A stretch of DNA of 64,000 nucleotides from positions 135,448-199,447 of the forward strand of contig CAYNFP010000001.1 of the NCBI GenBank assembly GCA_964396655.1, written 5' to 3'. Numbering within the stretch: the stretch's first letter is position 1; each line of letters begins with the position of its first letter. The translations under genes and the position numbers were made by a program. The notes below the pieces were generated by a model that saw nothing but the letters and a program-made list of their open reading frames with translations, made no database searches and had not been told where the DNA came from. Origin of the DNA: an uncultured Muribaculaceae bacterium. Its GTDB lineage: Bacteria; Bacillota_I; Bacilli_A; RF39; UBA660. Of this stretch, positions 1 to 10,510 are shown in pieces.

Positions 1-1
1 T

Positions 2-234
2 TGTGATGCTATTATATTTACAGCCGGAGTTGGAGAAAATTCAATTCATACTAGAAAAGAAGTAATTGACGGATTAAAAGTTTTAGGTATTAAAATAGAT
101 GAAGAAGCTAACAACTCAAGAGGAAAAGAAGTTAAAATTTCAAGTGAAGATTCAAGTGTTTTAGTTTATGTAATACCTACTAATGAAGAACTAATGATAG
201 CAAGAGATACTCTTAATTTAATAGAAATGGAATA
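2..234 (+). CDS. ackA: acetate kinase, C-terminal fragment (5' end lies outside the window)
   Basis: The frame-2 translation ...GVGENSIHTRKEVIDGLKVLGIKIDEEANN...VIPTNEELMIARDT matches the conserved acetate kinase C-terminus. Stop codon TAA at 232-234. Confidence 0.7.
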
Positions 235-240
235 AAAAAA

Positions 241-1206
241 ATGAATAGTATTTATAAGAAAATATATTATGAAATAAAAAAATACAAAACAATTTATGTT
301 GCAAGACATATAGGACCAGATCCTGATTGTGTTAGTAGTCAAATAGCATTAAGAGATTCTATTATTGCTACTTTTCCAGATAAAAAAGTATATGCAGTTG
401 GAAGTGGACTTGCAAGATTTAAATATTTTGGGAAACTAGATAAAATAGATGAATATGAATATGAAAATTCACTTTTAATATGTGTTGATGTACCAGATTT
501 GAAAAGAGTTGAAGTTCCTAATTTTGATAGATTTAAAAATGTTATTAAAATAGATCATCATCCATTTGTAGAAAAGTTTGGTGAATTAGAGTTGATAGAT
601 TTAACTTCTGCTAGTGCTGCTGAAATTGTTTTAACTCTTATTAATAATACTAAATTAAAAATGACAAAATCTATAGCTGAGAATCTTTTTATAGGTATTA
701 TTTCTGATTCAAACAGACTATTATTTGAACCAGTTGGATACAAACAATTTGATATTGTGGCCAAATTAATATGTTCTTATAAATTAGATGTTCAATCTTT
801 ATACAAAAAATTATATTCTAAACCTTTAGCAGAAGTAAGGCTTATGGGCTATATTGCTTCTAACTTAAAAGTAACAAAAAATAAATTTGCTTATATTTTA
901 CTTGAAGATGACATTATCAAGTCTTTAGGAGCTGATGCTGCTAGTTCATCAAATATGATAAATGAATTTAATAACATAGATGAAATTCTTGTATGGATGT
1001 TTATTACAAGAGATGAAAAAAATGATATGTTTAGAATAAATATTAGAAGTAGAGGCCCATTTATTAATGAAGTTGCTAGCAAATATAATGGTGGGGGTCA
1101 TAAATATGCCAGTGGAGTCAGAACTAAAAACAAAGATATATTAGAAGATTTAAAATTTGATTTAGATGAATTATGTAAAGATTACATAAAAAGTAATGAA
1201 CAATAA
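241..1206 (+). CDS. nrnA: DHH-family phosphoesterase (NrnA-like oligoribonuclease/pAp phosphatase)
   Basis: DHH motif (IKIDHHP) and DHHA1 GGGH motif (NGGGHKYASG); 321 aa. Confidence 0.65.
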   Translation: MNSIYKKIYYEIKKYKTIYVARHIGPDPDCVSSQIALRDSIIATFPDKKVYAVGSGLARFKYFGKLDKIDEYEYENSLLICVDVPDLKRVEVPNFDRFKNVIKIDHHPFVEKFGELELIDLTSASAAEIVLTLINNTKLKMTKSIAENLFIGIISDSNRLLFEPVGYKQFDIVAKLICSYKLDVQSLYKKLYSKPLAEVRLMGYIASNLKVTKNKFAYILLEDDIIKSLGADAASSSNMINEFNNIDEILVWMFITRDEKNDMFRINIRSRGPFINEVASKYNGGGHKYASGVRTKNKDILEDLKFDLDELCKDYIKSNEQ

Positions 1207-1261
1207 TTAAAATCATACTTGTATTAAGTATGATTTTTTGTTAACATAAAGGTGATAAAAT

Positions 1262-2911
1262 ATGAGAAATAAAAAAGGATTTACATTAATTGAATTATTA
1301 GCTGTAATAGCAGTATTAGGAATATTGATTGTTTTTGTTGTCCCTAAAGTAATAGATATATTTAATAATTCTAAGAGGCAATCATTTTTGGCTGATGTAA
1401 AGAGTGTATACAAAGCAGTAAATTTAAAAGTTCTAGAAAATGAAATAGATAACTCTGAATCCGAAATTTATGATTCAATTAATGAACCAATAGATATAAA
1501 TACTAAACTAGAATATAAAGCTATAATAACTGATAAAAAAGTTACTTATATTTGTGTGTCAAACGGAAAATATAAATTATATTCAAACACAATAGACTCT
1601 GCTGATGATATTACTATGAATGGTGTAGAAGAGGGAACCACTTGTGGAGTAACAGAAAACAGTTTTACAGTTGCTTATGATTGCAATGGTGGAACAGGTA
1701 CAACAGAATCAAGTACTCACTTATTTCATAAAGCTTCACCATTAACTGCCAATGCATGTTCTAATGTTCAGTCAGATAATTATTCTTTAGCTTTTAGAGG
1801 TTGGTCAACATCATCAACAGCTACAGATCCAACATATGATAATGAAGAGAATGTAGTTGATTTAACAAGCACTGTTAATGGTGTAATTAATCTTTATGCA
1901 GTATGGGAATATTCATATACTTATACAGTTGCTTATAGCTGTAACGGCGGAACAGGAACTGTTTCGAGTACAGCTCATAGATATAATGTATCAAAAGCTT
2001 TAGCAAATAATAATTGTTATAAAATTACCGAAGGTACTTCAGGTAATATAGGAGCATTCAAAGGTTGGTCAACATCATCAACCGCAACAAATCCAACGTA
2101 TACAGGAGGACAATCTGTAACTAATTTAACAAGCACAGAAAATGGAACAGTAACTCTTTATGCAGTGTGGGGTAATTTATTTGCTTATGCTGGAAGTTAT
2201 AATGTAATAGCAGATCCAAGCGGTTCTTCTAATTGGAAAATTAAAATATTATCCGGAAGTAACACAAGTTTCACTTTATCTGCTGCTGTTAATATAGAAG
2301 CTTTCTTAGTTGGTGGTGGAGGTGGCGGAGCAGATAATTATAGTTGGATAGGCGGCGGAGGCGGCGGAGGCGGTTATACCACATATGCTTCTTCGATAAA
2401 TTTAAGCGCTACAAGTTATTCAATTACTATAGGCTCTGGTGGAGGAGTTGCTTCAAATGGGGTAACAACCTCTGGTTTTGGCTATAGTGCATTAGGGGGA
2501 TATGGGGCAACGGGTCAACCCGGAGCAAACGGAGGCTCTGGTGGAGGTGCCGGAGGGCACAATGGTTCTCCTTCTACTGGAGGAAACGGAGGTTCTTATG
2601 GCGGAAACGGATATAATAATGCAAGAGGTAATTCTTCTGGTGGAACTGGTCAAGGAGCCACAGTATCAACAAATTCAACTTGTGAATTTAATCAAGGGAC
2701 TACTTCTGGATGTAATGCTGGAGTGACCGCTTATGCAGGCGGAGGCGGTGGCGGTGCCGGAATGTCTGGAGGAGAAGCTGGAACATCTGGGTCTGCTGGA
2801 GCTGGATGTGGCGGAACAAATACAGGTTGCGGTGGTCGAGGCGGAATTGGTGGAACTGGTGGAACTCAAAGTGGTATTGCAGGAATTATTGTAATTAGAA
2901 ATAAAAGGTAA
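1262..2911 (+). CDS. prepilin-type N-terminal cleavage/methylation protein with two Listeria-Bacteroides (Flg_new) repeats and a Gly-rich C-terminal tail
   Basis: N-terminus MRNKKGFTLIELLAVIAVLGILI is a class III signal peptide (G|FTLIE). There are two roughly 90-aa repeats (AYDCNGGTGT...F.GWSTSSTAT.PTY...LYAVW). The C-terminal 230 aa are dominated by G/S/N/T runs (GGGGGGxxxYSWIGGGGGGGG). Confidence 0.6.
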   Translation: MRNKKGFTLIELLAVIAVLGILIVFVVPKVIDIFNNSKRQSFLADVKSVYKAVNLKVLENEIDNSESEIYDSINEPIDINTKLEYKAIITDKKVTYICVSNGKYKLYSNTIDSADDITMNGVEEGTTCGVTENSFTVAYDCNGGTGTTESSTHLFHKASPLTANACSNVQSDNYSLAFRGWSTSSTATDPTYDNEENVVDLTSTVNGVINLYAVWEYSYTYTVAYSCNGGTGTVSSTAHRYNVSKALANNNCYKITEGTSGNIGAFKGWSTSSTATNPTYTGGQSVTNLTSTENGTVTLYAVWGNLFAYAGSYNVIADPSGSSNWKIKILSGSNTSFTLSAAVNIEAFLVGGGGGGADNYSWIGGGGGGGGYTTYASSINLSATSYSITIGSGGGVASNGVTTSGFGYSALGGYGATGQPGANGGSGGGAGGHNGSPSTGGNGGSYGGNGYNNARGNSSGGTGQGATVSTNSTCEFNQGTTSGCNAGVTAYAGGGGGGAGMSGGEAGTSGSAGAGCGGTNTGCGGRGGIGGTGGTQSGIAGIIVIRNKR

Positions 2912-2968
2912 ATATTTGCCTTTTGTTTTTTAATTGTATATAATATTAAATGAAGGTGAGAAATATAA

Positions 2969-3556
2969 ATGGAAATTACAAAAGTAGAAGAACCTATTAC
3001 TGCGGTTAGAATAACTCAATATCCCTTAGATAATAAAAATGAATTTTTAATTATAGGGAAAAGTAATGTAGGTAAAAGTAGTTTTATAAATACTTTATTA
3101 AATAGAAAGAATTTTGCAAGAACAAGTTCTAAACCGGGAAAAACTCAAACATTAAATTTTTATCATTGTAATGATAAATTTTATTTAATAGATGTTCCTG
3201 GATATGGTTTTTCTTCAGTATCTCATAAGTTACAGGAAAAATTTGGATTAATGATTGAAGAATATTTAAAAAACAGACCAAACTTAAAACATGTATTTTT
3301 ACTAGTTGATTATAGACATAAACCAGCAGAAAATGATTTATTAATGTATAATTTTCTAAAATATTATAATTTACCAGTTACCATAATATGTACTAAATAT
3401 GATAAAATTCAAAAGATGGGAAGAGAAAAGCAAGATAAGGTAATTAAAAGTATATTTGATATAGCTTTAGGAGATGAGATAGTTAATTTCTCTAGTGTAA
3501 CTAAAGTTGGAAAAGAAAGAGTATACGAAATAATAGATAGTTACCAAAATAATTAA
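2969..3556 (+). CDS. engB: ribosome biogenesis GTPase EngB/YsxC
   Basis: G1 motif GKSNVGKSSFINTLL, DVPGYGF and the KYDK G4 motif; 195 aa. Confidence 0.8.
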   Translation: MEITKVEEPITAVRITQYPLDNKNEFLIIGKSNVGKSSFINTLLNRKNFARTSSKPGKTQTLNFYHCNDKFYLIDVPGYGFSSVSHKLQEKFGLMIEEYLKNRPNLKHVFLLVDYRHKPAENDLLMYNFLKYYNLPVTIICTKYDKIQKMGREKQDKVIKSIFDIALGDEIVNFSSVTKVGKERVYEIIDSYQNN

Positions 3557-3611
3557 AGTGGGTTTATAAATTCACTTTTTTTTGTTATAATATCTTTGAA
3601 ACGAGGAATGT

Positions 3612-4925
3612 ATGAAACAAACAGTATGTTTAGTTGGAAGACCAAATGTAGGGAAAAGCAGTTTATTTAATAGAATAGTTGGTAAAAAGATATCTATAAT
3701 AGAAGATACTCCAGGTGTTACTAGAGACAGAATATGTGCTAATACCAGTTATAATGAAAAAGATTTTTATTTAATAGATACTGGAGGACTTAATTATTCT
3801 CCAGATGATTTTAGTGATGAAATAAAAATGCAAGTTGAAGTTGCTATCGATGAAAGTGATGTAATAATATTTATAGTTGATGGAAAAGAAGGTTTAACTT
3901 CTAATGACATATTTATTAGAGATTTATTAAAAAAGAGTGGTAAAAAAGTAGTGGTTGCTATAAATAAAGTTGATAGTAGAAAAAGTGATGATAATATATA
4001 TGATTTTTATGCTTTAGGTTTTGAAGATTATGTACCAGTAAGTGCAGAGCATGGAAGTGGTGTAAATGATTTACTTAATATTGTAGTTGCTAATTTTAAA
4101 GAAGATATTGTTATAGAAGATGAAAGTTTATTAAAATTTTGTTTGGTTGGAAGACCAAATGTAGGAAAAAGCAGTTTGGTTAATGCTTTATTAAATGAAG
4201 AAAGAGTGATAGTTTCTGAAATTCCCGGCACTACCAGAGATGCTATTGATACAAAATTTGTATATGAAAAAAATGAATATATTCTTATAGATACAGCGGG
4301 TTTAAGAAAAAAAGGAAAAATATTTGAATCAGTAGAAAAATATAGTCTACTCAGAAGTTTAAAAGCAATTGATAGGAGTGATGTATGCATGTTAGTTATA
4401 GATGCATCAACCGGAATTGTAGAACATGATAAACACATTGCTTCATATATTTTAGATGCAGGCAAAGCTTTAGTAATTGTTGTAAATAAATGGGATACAG
4501 TTGAAAGTAAAGATGAGGAAATGAAAAAATGGAAAAAAGATATTGAATATAATTTCCAATTTATTCCTTATGCTAGAATAGTATTTTTAAGTGCACTTAC
4601 TAAAAAAAGAATACATACATTAATGCCTGAAATATTAACCGCTTATCAAAACACAATGAAAACAATAGATGATAACCTTATTAACGATATAATAAGAGAT
4701 GCTTATATTGAAAATCCACCAGCAGTAAGAAATGGTAAAAGATTAAAAATATATTATGCTAGTCAAGTAAGCACTAAACCTCCTAGAATAGATATTGAGG
4801 TTAACTCTAAGAATCTAGTTCACTTCTCATACAAAAGATATCTTGAAAATAAAATTAGGGAGAATATTGATTTTACTGGAACACCAATTCATATAGAATT
4901 TAAAAATAAAGGCGAATATAACTAA
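3612..4925 (+). CDS. der: GTPase Der/EngA (tandem GTPase domains plus KH-like domain)
   Basis: Two G domains (GRPNVGKSSLFN and GRPNVGKSSLVN) with DTGG/DTAG and NKVD/NKWD motifs; 437 aa. Confidence 0.85.
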   Translation: MKQTVCLVGRPNVGKSSLFNRIVGKKISIIEDTPGVTRDRICANTSYNEKDFYLIDTGGLNYSPDDFSDEIKMQVEVAIDESDVIIFIVDGKEGLTSNDIFIRDLLKKSGKKVVVAINKVDSRKSDDNIYDFYALGFEDYVPVSAEHGSGVNDLLNIVVANFKEDIVIEDESLLKFCLVGRPNVGKSSLVNALLNEERVIVSEIPGTTRDAIDTKFVYEKNEYILIDTAGLRKKGKIFESVEKYSLLRSLKAIDRSDVCMLVIDASTGIVEHDKHIASYILDAGKALVIVVNKWDTVESKDEEMKKWKKDIEYNFQFIPYARIVFLSALTKKRIHTLMPEILTAYQNTMKTIDDNLINDIIRDAYIENPPAVRNGKRLKIYYASQVSTKPPRIDIEVNSKNLVHFSYKRYLENKIRENIDFTGTPIHIEFKNKGEYN

Positions 4926-4962
4926 AATAAAAGTCTTTCATATAATACTCTAGGAGGAAAAT

Positions 4963-5202
4963 ATGAAAGACGATTTTTTTGATAAAATAGAAGAAAAAAC
5001 TAATATAAAGAAAGATACAATATTGGATTTAGCAAAAAAGTTACAAGAGGGTAATTTTAAAGATGATAATACTTTAAAAGAAATAATACATGAAATTAGT
5101 GATTTAACGGGTAAAGAAGTAAGTGAAGAAAAAGAAAAAAGGATTATAGATATGATTAAAAAGGATCAAGTGCCTTTAGATCCAGAAAAATATAAACTTT
5201 AA
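4963..5202 (+). CDS. SpoVIF (YjcC)-like small sporulation protein
   Basis: 79 aa; the pattern FFDKIEEKT..K.DILDLAK....NFKDD.T....I..IS.L.GK.VS.EKE..I matches the SpoVIF family. Confidence 0.4.
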   Translation: MKDDFFDKIEEKTNIKKDTILDLAKKLQEGNFKDDNTLKEIIHEISDLTGKEVSEEKEKRIIDMIKKDQVPLDPEKYKL

Positions 5203-6437
5203 TTTTTAAATTCTTTTTCTAACTTTCCAGTATTCCATAATATATTGTAATAAGTATTATTTATTACTAAATCAAATTCTCCAATATATTCATATACATT
5301 TGGATTAAAACTAAATTTAAAATCATTTAGTTTTTTATATGGGCTTTTTTCAGAAACATTTCCACTAACCGCATTTAAATCAATGAAACTATAACCCATC
5401 TTTTTATAATATTCAATAAATCTGTAATGTAAAAAATAATTTATATTTTGTTTGTTAAATTCAGAGTTTACTCCACTAATTATTAAATTTACTCTAGAAT
5501 TTTGTTTAATCATTAAAGCACCACCAATTATTTCACTTTTATTTCCGCTTTTTAATTTAGTATTTAATAAGTCAATTGAATGTTTTATTTCCGCTAATTT
5601 ATTATCTGAATTCATTTTATTTTGAAATAATATTTCATCTTGAGAATTATTATTAAATTCTTCATTTAATTCTTCATTTTCTATAATCATAGTTTCATAT
5701 TTTTTATTATATACTTCTAAATATTTATAATAATCAACTTCCACTAATAATAAATCAACCATATCACTGTCTTTAAATACTTTATAGAAATCCCCGTAAT
5801 ATGATTTTGTTTTATTAGATTTATCTTTTATTAAATCATAAAAAATATTAATATCTTTTTCGTTTCCAATTTTTAAAGATAAAGAAGAAGTTAAAAAAGA
5901 ATGAGATTTTTTATAACATTTTTCACTAACAGTATTTTTATCAAATTCTTTTAAATTTATAATTGCGTTATATTTAGGTAACATAGATTCAAAATATAAA
6001 TTGTTTTTTAACTTTTCATAACCAAATTTTCTCATTAATGATATTAAATTTTTATTATTAACATTTACAATTTTCTTTTTATTTTCATAATCTATTTTAG
6101 AATAAATAACTTCTGGATTTATTTTTATAAAAGCAAAATTTTTAAGCAAGAAAAATGCTTTTATTTTAGATGTGAATTCATTTAATAAATCTTCATCTAA
6201 ATAATTTATTAAAAAACCTCTAGGAGCATAACCATATTTAATAGTTGGTGCGATAGTTTTATATAATATTAAAGAAGCTCCTACTAATTTATTATATTTA
6301 TAGGCCCCTATATACATAATTTGATATTTAAAGTTTTGCATTAAAACACCATAATTTTCTGTTTGATAATAATTACTTAAAATATGATTGTTTGCAAATT
6401 CCATAAATGTTTTTGAATCAATTTCTTTAATAATCAT
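5199..6437 (-). CDS. FemAB-family peptidoglycan interpeptide-bridge aminoacyltransferase; start corrected to MIIKEIDSKTF
   Basis: Length and motifs (APRGFLI..., ...KINPEV) are consistent with the FemA/FemX fold. The corrected start at 6437 has a GGAGGT Shine-Dalgarno and removes the overlap with the divergent gene at 6530. Confidence 0.55.
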   Translation of the reverse strand: MIIKEIDSKTFMEFANNHILSNYYQTENYGVLMQNFKYQIMYIGAYKYNKLVGASLILYKTIAPTIKYGYAPRGFLINYLDEDLLNEFTSKIKAFFLLKNFAFIKINPEVIYSKIDYENKKKIVNVNNKNLISLMRKFGYEKLKNNLYFESMLPKYNAIINLKEFDKNTVSEKCYKKSHSFLTSSLSLKIGNEKDINIFYDLIKDKSNKTKSYYGDFYKVFKDSDMVDLLLVEVDYYKYLEVYNKKYETMIIENEELNEEFNNNSQDEILFQNKMNSDNKLAEIKHSIDLLNTKLKSGNKSEIIGGALMIKQNSRVNLIISGVNSEFNKQNINYFLHYRFIEYYKKMGYSFIDLNAVSGNVSEKSPYKKLNDFKFSFNPNVYEYIGEFDLVINNTYYNILWNTGKLEKEFKN

Positions 6438-6529
6438 GGCTACCTCCAAAACATAGGAAATATTATAACATATTTGACATATAAAATAAACAAAATTAGT
6501 AGTATAATTAAAATAGGATAGGTGATTGT

Positions 6530-7132
6530 ATGAAAGATATTTTAGATAAAATAAAATTAGAATCAAAAATTATTAATAAAAAGGATCTTTATATATTATT
6601 TGATAAACTTTTAAATAAAACAAAAAAATCATTTAATAAATTAGAAATCGAACAATATTATAAATGTGATATGGATGAAAATTATGAAAATTATATAAAT
6701 GGGAATTACGACGCATTAATAAAAGTATTTGACAATTTTTCTAAAGATTGGGCTTACACTATTAAAGATAATATAGAATTTAAAAGATTGCATTTAATAA
6801 ATAAACCAATTACCCAATATATAAATTATGAAATGTATTTTTATATGATAAATGAAAAAGCAGGAGAAAAAATAAAATGTTTAGATTTTGATAAATCAGG
6901 GATTAGATATGAAGAAGTATCTGATTTCATAATTTTTGATGATAACGAATTAATAATAAATTGCCATAATAAAGGAGAATATTTAAAATCATATTATTGT
7001 AATGATAAAGTTATGATAAGAAAATTATTAAAAGAATATGAAACCCTTTATTCAAAAGCTATAGATTATAAAAAAATAGTAAATTTAGATAAAAATTTAA
7101 TAACAAAAATGAAAGAAAATGGTTTGATTTAA
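6530..7132 (+). CDS. hypothetical protein
   Basis: 200-aa ORF in a coding-dense context, with AT-rich codon usage like its neighbours. Confidence 0.4.
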   Translation: MKDILDKIKLESKIINKKDLYILFDKLLNKTKKSFNKLEIEQYYKCDMDENYENYINGNYDALIKVFDNFSKDWAYTIKDNIEFKRLHLINKPITQYINYEMYFYMINEKAGEKIKCLDFDKSGIRYEEVSDFIIFDDNELIINCHNKGEYLKSYYCNDKVMIRKLLKEYETLYSKAIDYKKIVNLDKNLITKMKENGLI

Positions 7133-7194
7133 ATTGTACAAATATACAATTTAAATTAGTTGTAGTATAATTAAGATAGAATAGGTGATTGTTT

Positions 7195-8436
7195 ATGAGT
7201 AAAATAAAAAATATAATAGCAAGAGAAATATTGGATTCTAGAGGTATTCCTACAATAGAAACAAAAGTATATACAGAAAACGGAACTATAGGAATGTTTT
7301 CGGTGCCTTCTGGAGCCTCTAAAGGTGAAAGAGAAGCTTTGGAGTTAAGAGATGGAGATAAGAATAGGTATAATGGTAATGGTGTTTTAAATGCTGTTAA
7401 AAACGTTAATACAATAATAAAATACGGTTTATTAGGAATTGAAGTAAGTAGTCAAAAAGAAATAGATTCTATGTTAACTGAAATAGACGGTACAAGCAAT
7501 AAATCTAATTTAGGAGCAAATGCATTATTGTCAGTTAGTATAGCATGTCTTAGAGCAGCAGCTTCAGAACACAATGAAACTTTATATAATTATTTAAATA
7601 AGAAAGAAAAGAAACTACCTTATGGAATGTTTAATATTGTAAATGGAGGAAAACACGCATTTAATAACTTAGATATACAAGAATTTATGATAGTTCCTAA
7701 ATTCCCTAAATTTAGTAAAACAATAGAGTGTGTAAGTGAAGTATTCTATGCGTTAAAGAAAATATTAGAAGAAAAAGAATTATCTACTTCGGTTGGAGAT
7801 GAAGGAGGCTTTGCACCTAATCTAAAAAGCAATAAAGAAGCGTTAGATGTAATAGTTGAAGCTATAAAAAAAGCAAATTATATTCCAGGTAAAGAAGTAT
7901 TCTTAGCAATGGATGTCGCAGCCTCATCATTTTATGATAAAAAAGAAAAAAAATATAATTTGGATAACAAATTAATTACAAGAGAAGAATTACTTGATTA
8001 CTATACAGAATTATTACAAGATTATCCAATAATAAGTATAGAAGATCCTTTTGATGAAAATGATTATGAAGGATTTAAATTAATAACAGAAAAACTTGGT
8101 AAAAAAATAAGTATAGTTGGGGATGACTTATTTGTTACAAATAAAGAATTACTTAAAAAAGGTATAGAAAAAGGATTATGTAATGCAATACTTATTAAAC
8201 CTAATCAAATTGGAACATTCTATGAAATGTTAGAAACAATAGTATTAGCTAAACAAAACAAATATATAACAATACTATCTCATAGAAGTGGAGAAACAAC
8301 AGATCCTTTTATAGCAGAAGCAGTAGTAGCTTTAAACATGCCATTTATAAAAGCTGGTTCAATTACCAGAGGAGAAAGAATTGCAAAATACAATAAATTA
8401 TTAGAAATAGAAGAGGAATTAGAGCAATATAAATAA
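7195..8436 (+). CDS. eno: enolase
   Basis: MSKIKNIIAREILDSRGIPTIE..., SGASKGEREA, and Mg/substrate residues in IKPNQIGT and SHRSGETTD; start taken at ATG 7195. Confidence 0.9.
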   Translation: MSKIKNIIAREILDSRGIPTIETKVYTENGTIGMFSVPSGASKGEREALELRDGDKNRYNGNGVLNAVKNVNTIIKYGLLGIEVSSQKEIDSMLTEIDGTSNKSNLGANALLSVSIACLRAAASEHNETLYNYLNKKEKKLPYGMFNIVNGGKHAFNNLDIQEFMIVPKFPKFSKTIECVSEVFYALKKILEEKELSTSVGDEGGFAPNLKSNKEALDVIVEAIKKANYIPGKEVFLAMDVAASSFYDKKEKKYNLDNKLITREELLDYYTELLQDYPIISIEDPFDENDYEGFKLITEKLGKKISIVGDDLFVTNKELLKKGIEKGLCNAILIKPNQIGTFYEMLETIVLAKQNKYITILSHRSGETTDPFIAEAVVALNMPFIKAGSITRGERIAKYNKLLEIEEELEQYK

Positions 8437-8496
8437 ACTATATTGCTTTTTAATGAATTATATTAGTATAATATTAATTGAAGGGAGTTTTATAAA

Positions 8497-9060
8497 ATGG
8501 TAGATATAACAAGATTTAATAGTTTTAAAAAATTAATCGAATATAACAATAGTATTCGTGAGGAATTTGACAAAGTAGATCAACAAGTACAAAAAATTGT
8601 TAAGAAAATTGTTTCTGATAATTCATACAAAGAAGAGCTTTGGAGGAATACAAAGTATATTGAAAAATTGGAAAAATTAAAAGGATTAGGGCTTACAGGG
8701 ACAATAGGTTATACTATTGATTCTGTTGTAAATGATCATAATAATTATTTAATCGAAGAATTTCATAATACTGATTTATATGAATTATATTGCTCATTAG
8801 GATATGAATGTGAAGAATTAGAACAAGTTTTAGTAGTTTTCGCAAGAATTGAAGCAAATTTAAAAACTTTGAATTTATCAGAAGAAACTATTGATGTAAT
8901 AATTGAGAATATATTTCAAGAATATAAAAGAAGTTTATTGGAAAGACTTCAATATGAAAAAAGTGCTGAGGCATATCGAAAAACAGCTGGAGAAGAAACA
9001 TATAAAACTGATCTTATGACTCTTGGTTTAAAAAATATGCCATCTCAAAATGAAGGCTAA
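8497..9060 (+). CDS. hypothetical acidic protein, paralog A1 (EEFHN motif)
   Basis: Paralogous to 10511-10927; shares the N-terminus and an identical YLIEEFHN motif. Confidence 0.5.
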   Translation: MVDITRFNSFKKLIEYNNSIREEFDKVDQQVQKIVKKIVSDNSYKEELWRNTKYIEKLEKLKGLGLTGTIGYTIDSVVNDHNNYLIEEFHNTDLYELYCSLGYECEELEQVLVVFARIEANLKTLNLSEETIDVIIENIFQEYKRSLLERLQYEKSAEAYRKTAGEETYKTDLMTLGLKNMPSQNEG

Positions 9061-9142
9061 TAAATAAAAAAATATTATAAGAGAATTGTTCTTATAATAT
9101 TTTGTGATAATATAATTGTCAATAGAAAGAGAGAAATAAAAA

Positions 9143-9934
9143 ATGAGTGAAATTTTAAAGTTTAGTACATATAAAGAAATGGATGCATTTTATGGAGAAA
9201 TCAAGTCTTTAGATATTGTGCTTAATTCCTTTAGCTATGGAAGGGATCATATGACAGAAATGTCATATATTTTAGAGGATTATTATGAAAAAATTGCAAA
9301 TAAAGCAATTAAAAACAGCAAAATCGGAGAATCAACACTTAAAATAAAAGAACGTTATAAAGAATATTATAAATATCTATTGAATGAATTTAAAAAATTA
9401 TTAACAGAAGAAGCAAAAGAATTAATTCCTTGGGTAGCTTATGAAATGAATAGTTTTTCAAAAATAAAAGAAGCATTTAGTTTAGAAATAGAAAAAATAG
9501 TTACAAGTGGTGAATTTATAGAAATATTAAAAGAAGCATTATTAAAAGTAACAGGAAGAACTTATTCTTATCATAAAATTTTTGGAAGAATAGTATATGG
9601 TGAAATAGATGGGGATTCAGATAAAATTTTAAGTAATAATCCTTTGGGTAAAAAAGAATATGAAATCTTAGTGGCAGATGATTTCCCTTTAACAAAATTA
9701 CCATTTTCAGAGTTTGAAAAACCTCTTGAAATAGAAATAGAAGAACTGATAAAAGCAAATTTTGTAATATTAGATAATCCTTTTCATAGTGATTTTTCAT
9801 ATTGGGAAAGTCATTTTTGGGAATATGAATTTATTGGTATGCCAAAAGGAGCATATGAAATAATAAATGAAGAAATATTTAAAAGGGTAAAAGAAAATTT
9901 AGAAAATAGTGTTAAATTAACTAGAGAAAAATAA
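9143..9934 (+). CDS. hypothetical acidic protein, paralog B1
   Basis: Paralogous to 10987-11736 (shared ELIPW/ELLPW, DDFPL.KLPF/DDYDI.KVPF and GMP motifs). Confidence 0.5.
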   Translation: MSEILKFSTYKEMDAFYGEIKSLDIVLNSFSYGRDHMTEMSYILEDYYEKIANKAIKNSKIGESTLKIKERYKEYYKYLLNEFKKLLTEEAKELIPWVAYEMNSFSKIKEAFSLEIEKIVTSGEFIEILKEALLKVTGRTYSYHKIFGRIVYGEIDGDSDKILSNNPLGKKEYEILVADDFPLTKLPFSEFEKPLEIEIEELIKANFVILDNPFHSDFSYWESHFWEYEFIGMPKGAYEIINEEIFKRVKENLENSVKLTREK

Positions 9935-10022
9935 AATAATTAAAATTAGATATTTAAATATCTAATTTTTTATGATTTGACATTTATTTATTAATATAAT
10001 ATTCTATATTTAAGAGGTAATT

Positions 10023-10499
10023 ATGATAAGAGGATACAAGGTTTTTAATAAAGATTTTACTAATAGGTATGGTAAGAAGTTTGAAGTTGGTCAAACTTAC
10101 TCTGCTGATGGTCAAGTTAAGTTTGCTGCTGCTCATGGAATCCATTTCTGTACAAATTTAGAAGATGTTTTTAGATATTTTGATGCTGTTGAAGATGAAG
10201 TTACAGTAGCGGAAGTTTCAACAGAAGATTGTGGTGAAAATCTTGTAAAATATGATGAAGAATATAATGGTTATTATGATATGTATGCTTGCAAAACTAT
10301 AAAAATAGAAAGAGTGTTAACAAGAGAAGAAATATTTGAGATGATTATGAAAAAGGGGGAAATTTCAATAAGAAAATTTTTAGCTACTTATAAATTAAAT
10401 GAAGAAGAGAGAGAAAAATTTTTAAGAATGAACACTAATAAATTTTTAAATGGAATATTTGAATATTATCAAAATAAAAATACTTCATATTTTAAATAA
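10023..10499 (+). CDS. hypothetical protein (spacer gene between the paralog pairs)
   Basis: 158-aa ORF with unusually GC-rich codon choice at its 5' end (gct gct gct cat gga atc cat ttc tgt). Confidence 0.4.
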   Translation: MIRGYKVFNKDFTNRYGKKFEVGQTYSADGQVKFAAAHGIHFCTNLEDVFRYFDAVEDEVTVAEVSTEDCGENLVKYDEEYNGYYDMYACKTIKIERVLTREEIFEMIMKKGEISIRKFLATYKLNEEEREKFLRMNTNKFLNGIFEYYQNKNTSYFK

Positions 10500-10510
10500 A
10501 GGAGATATAA

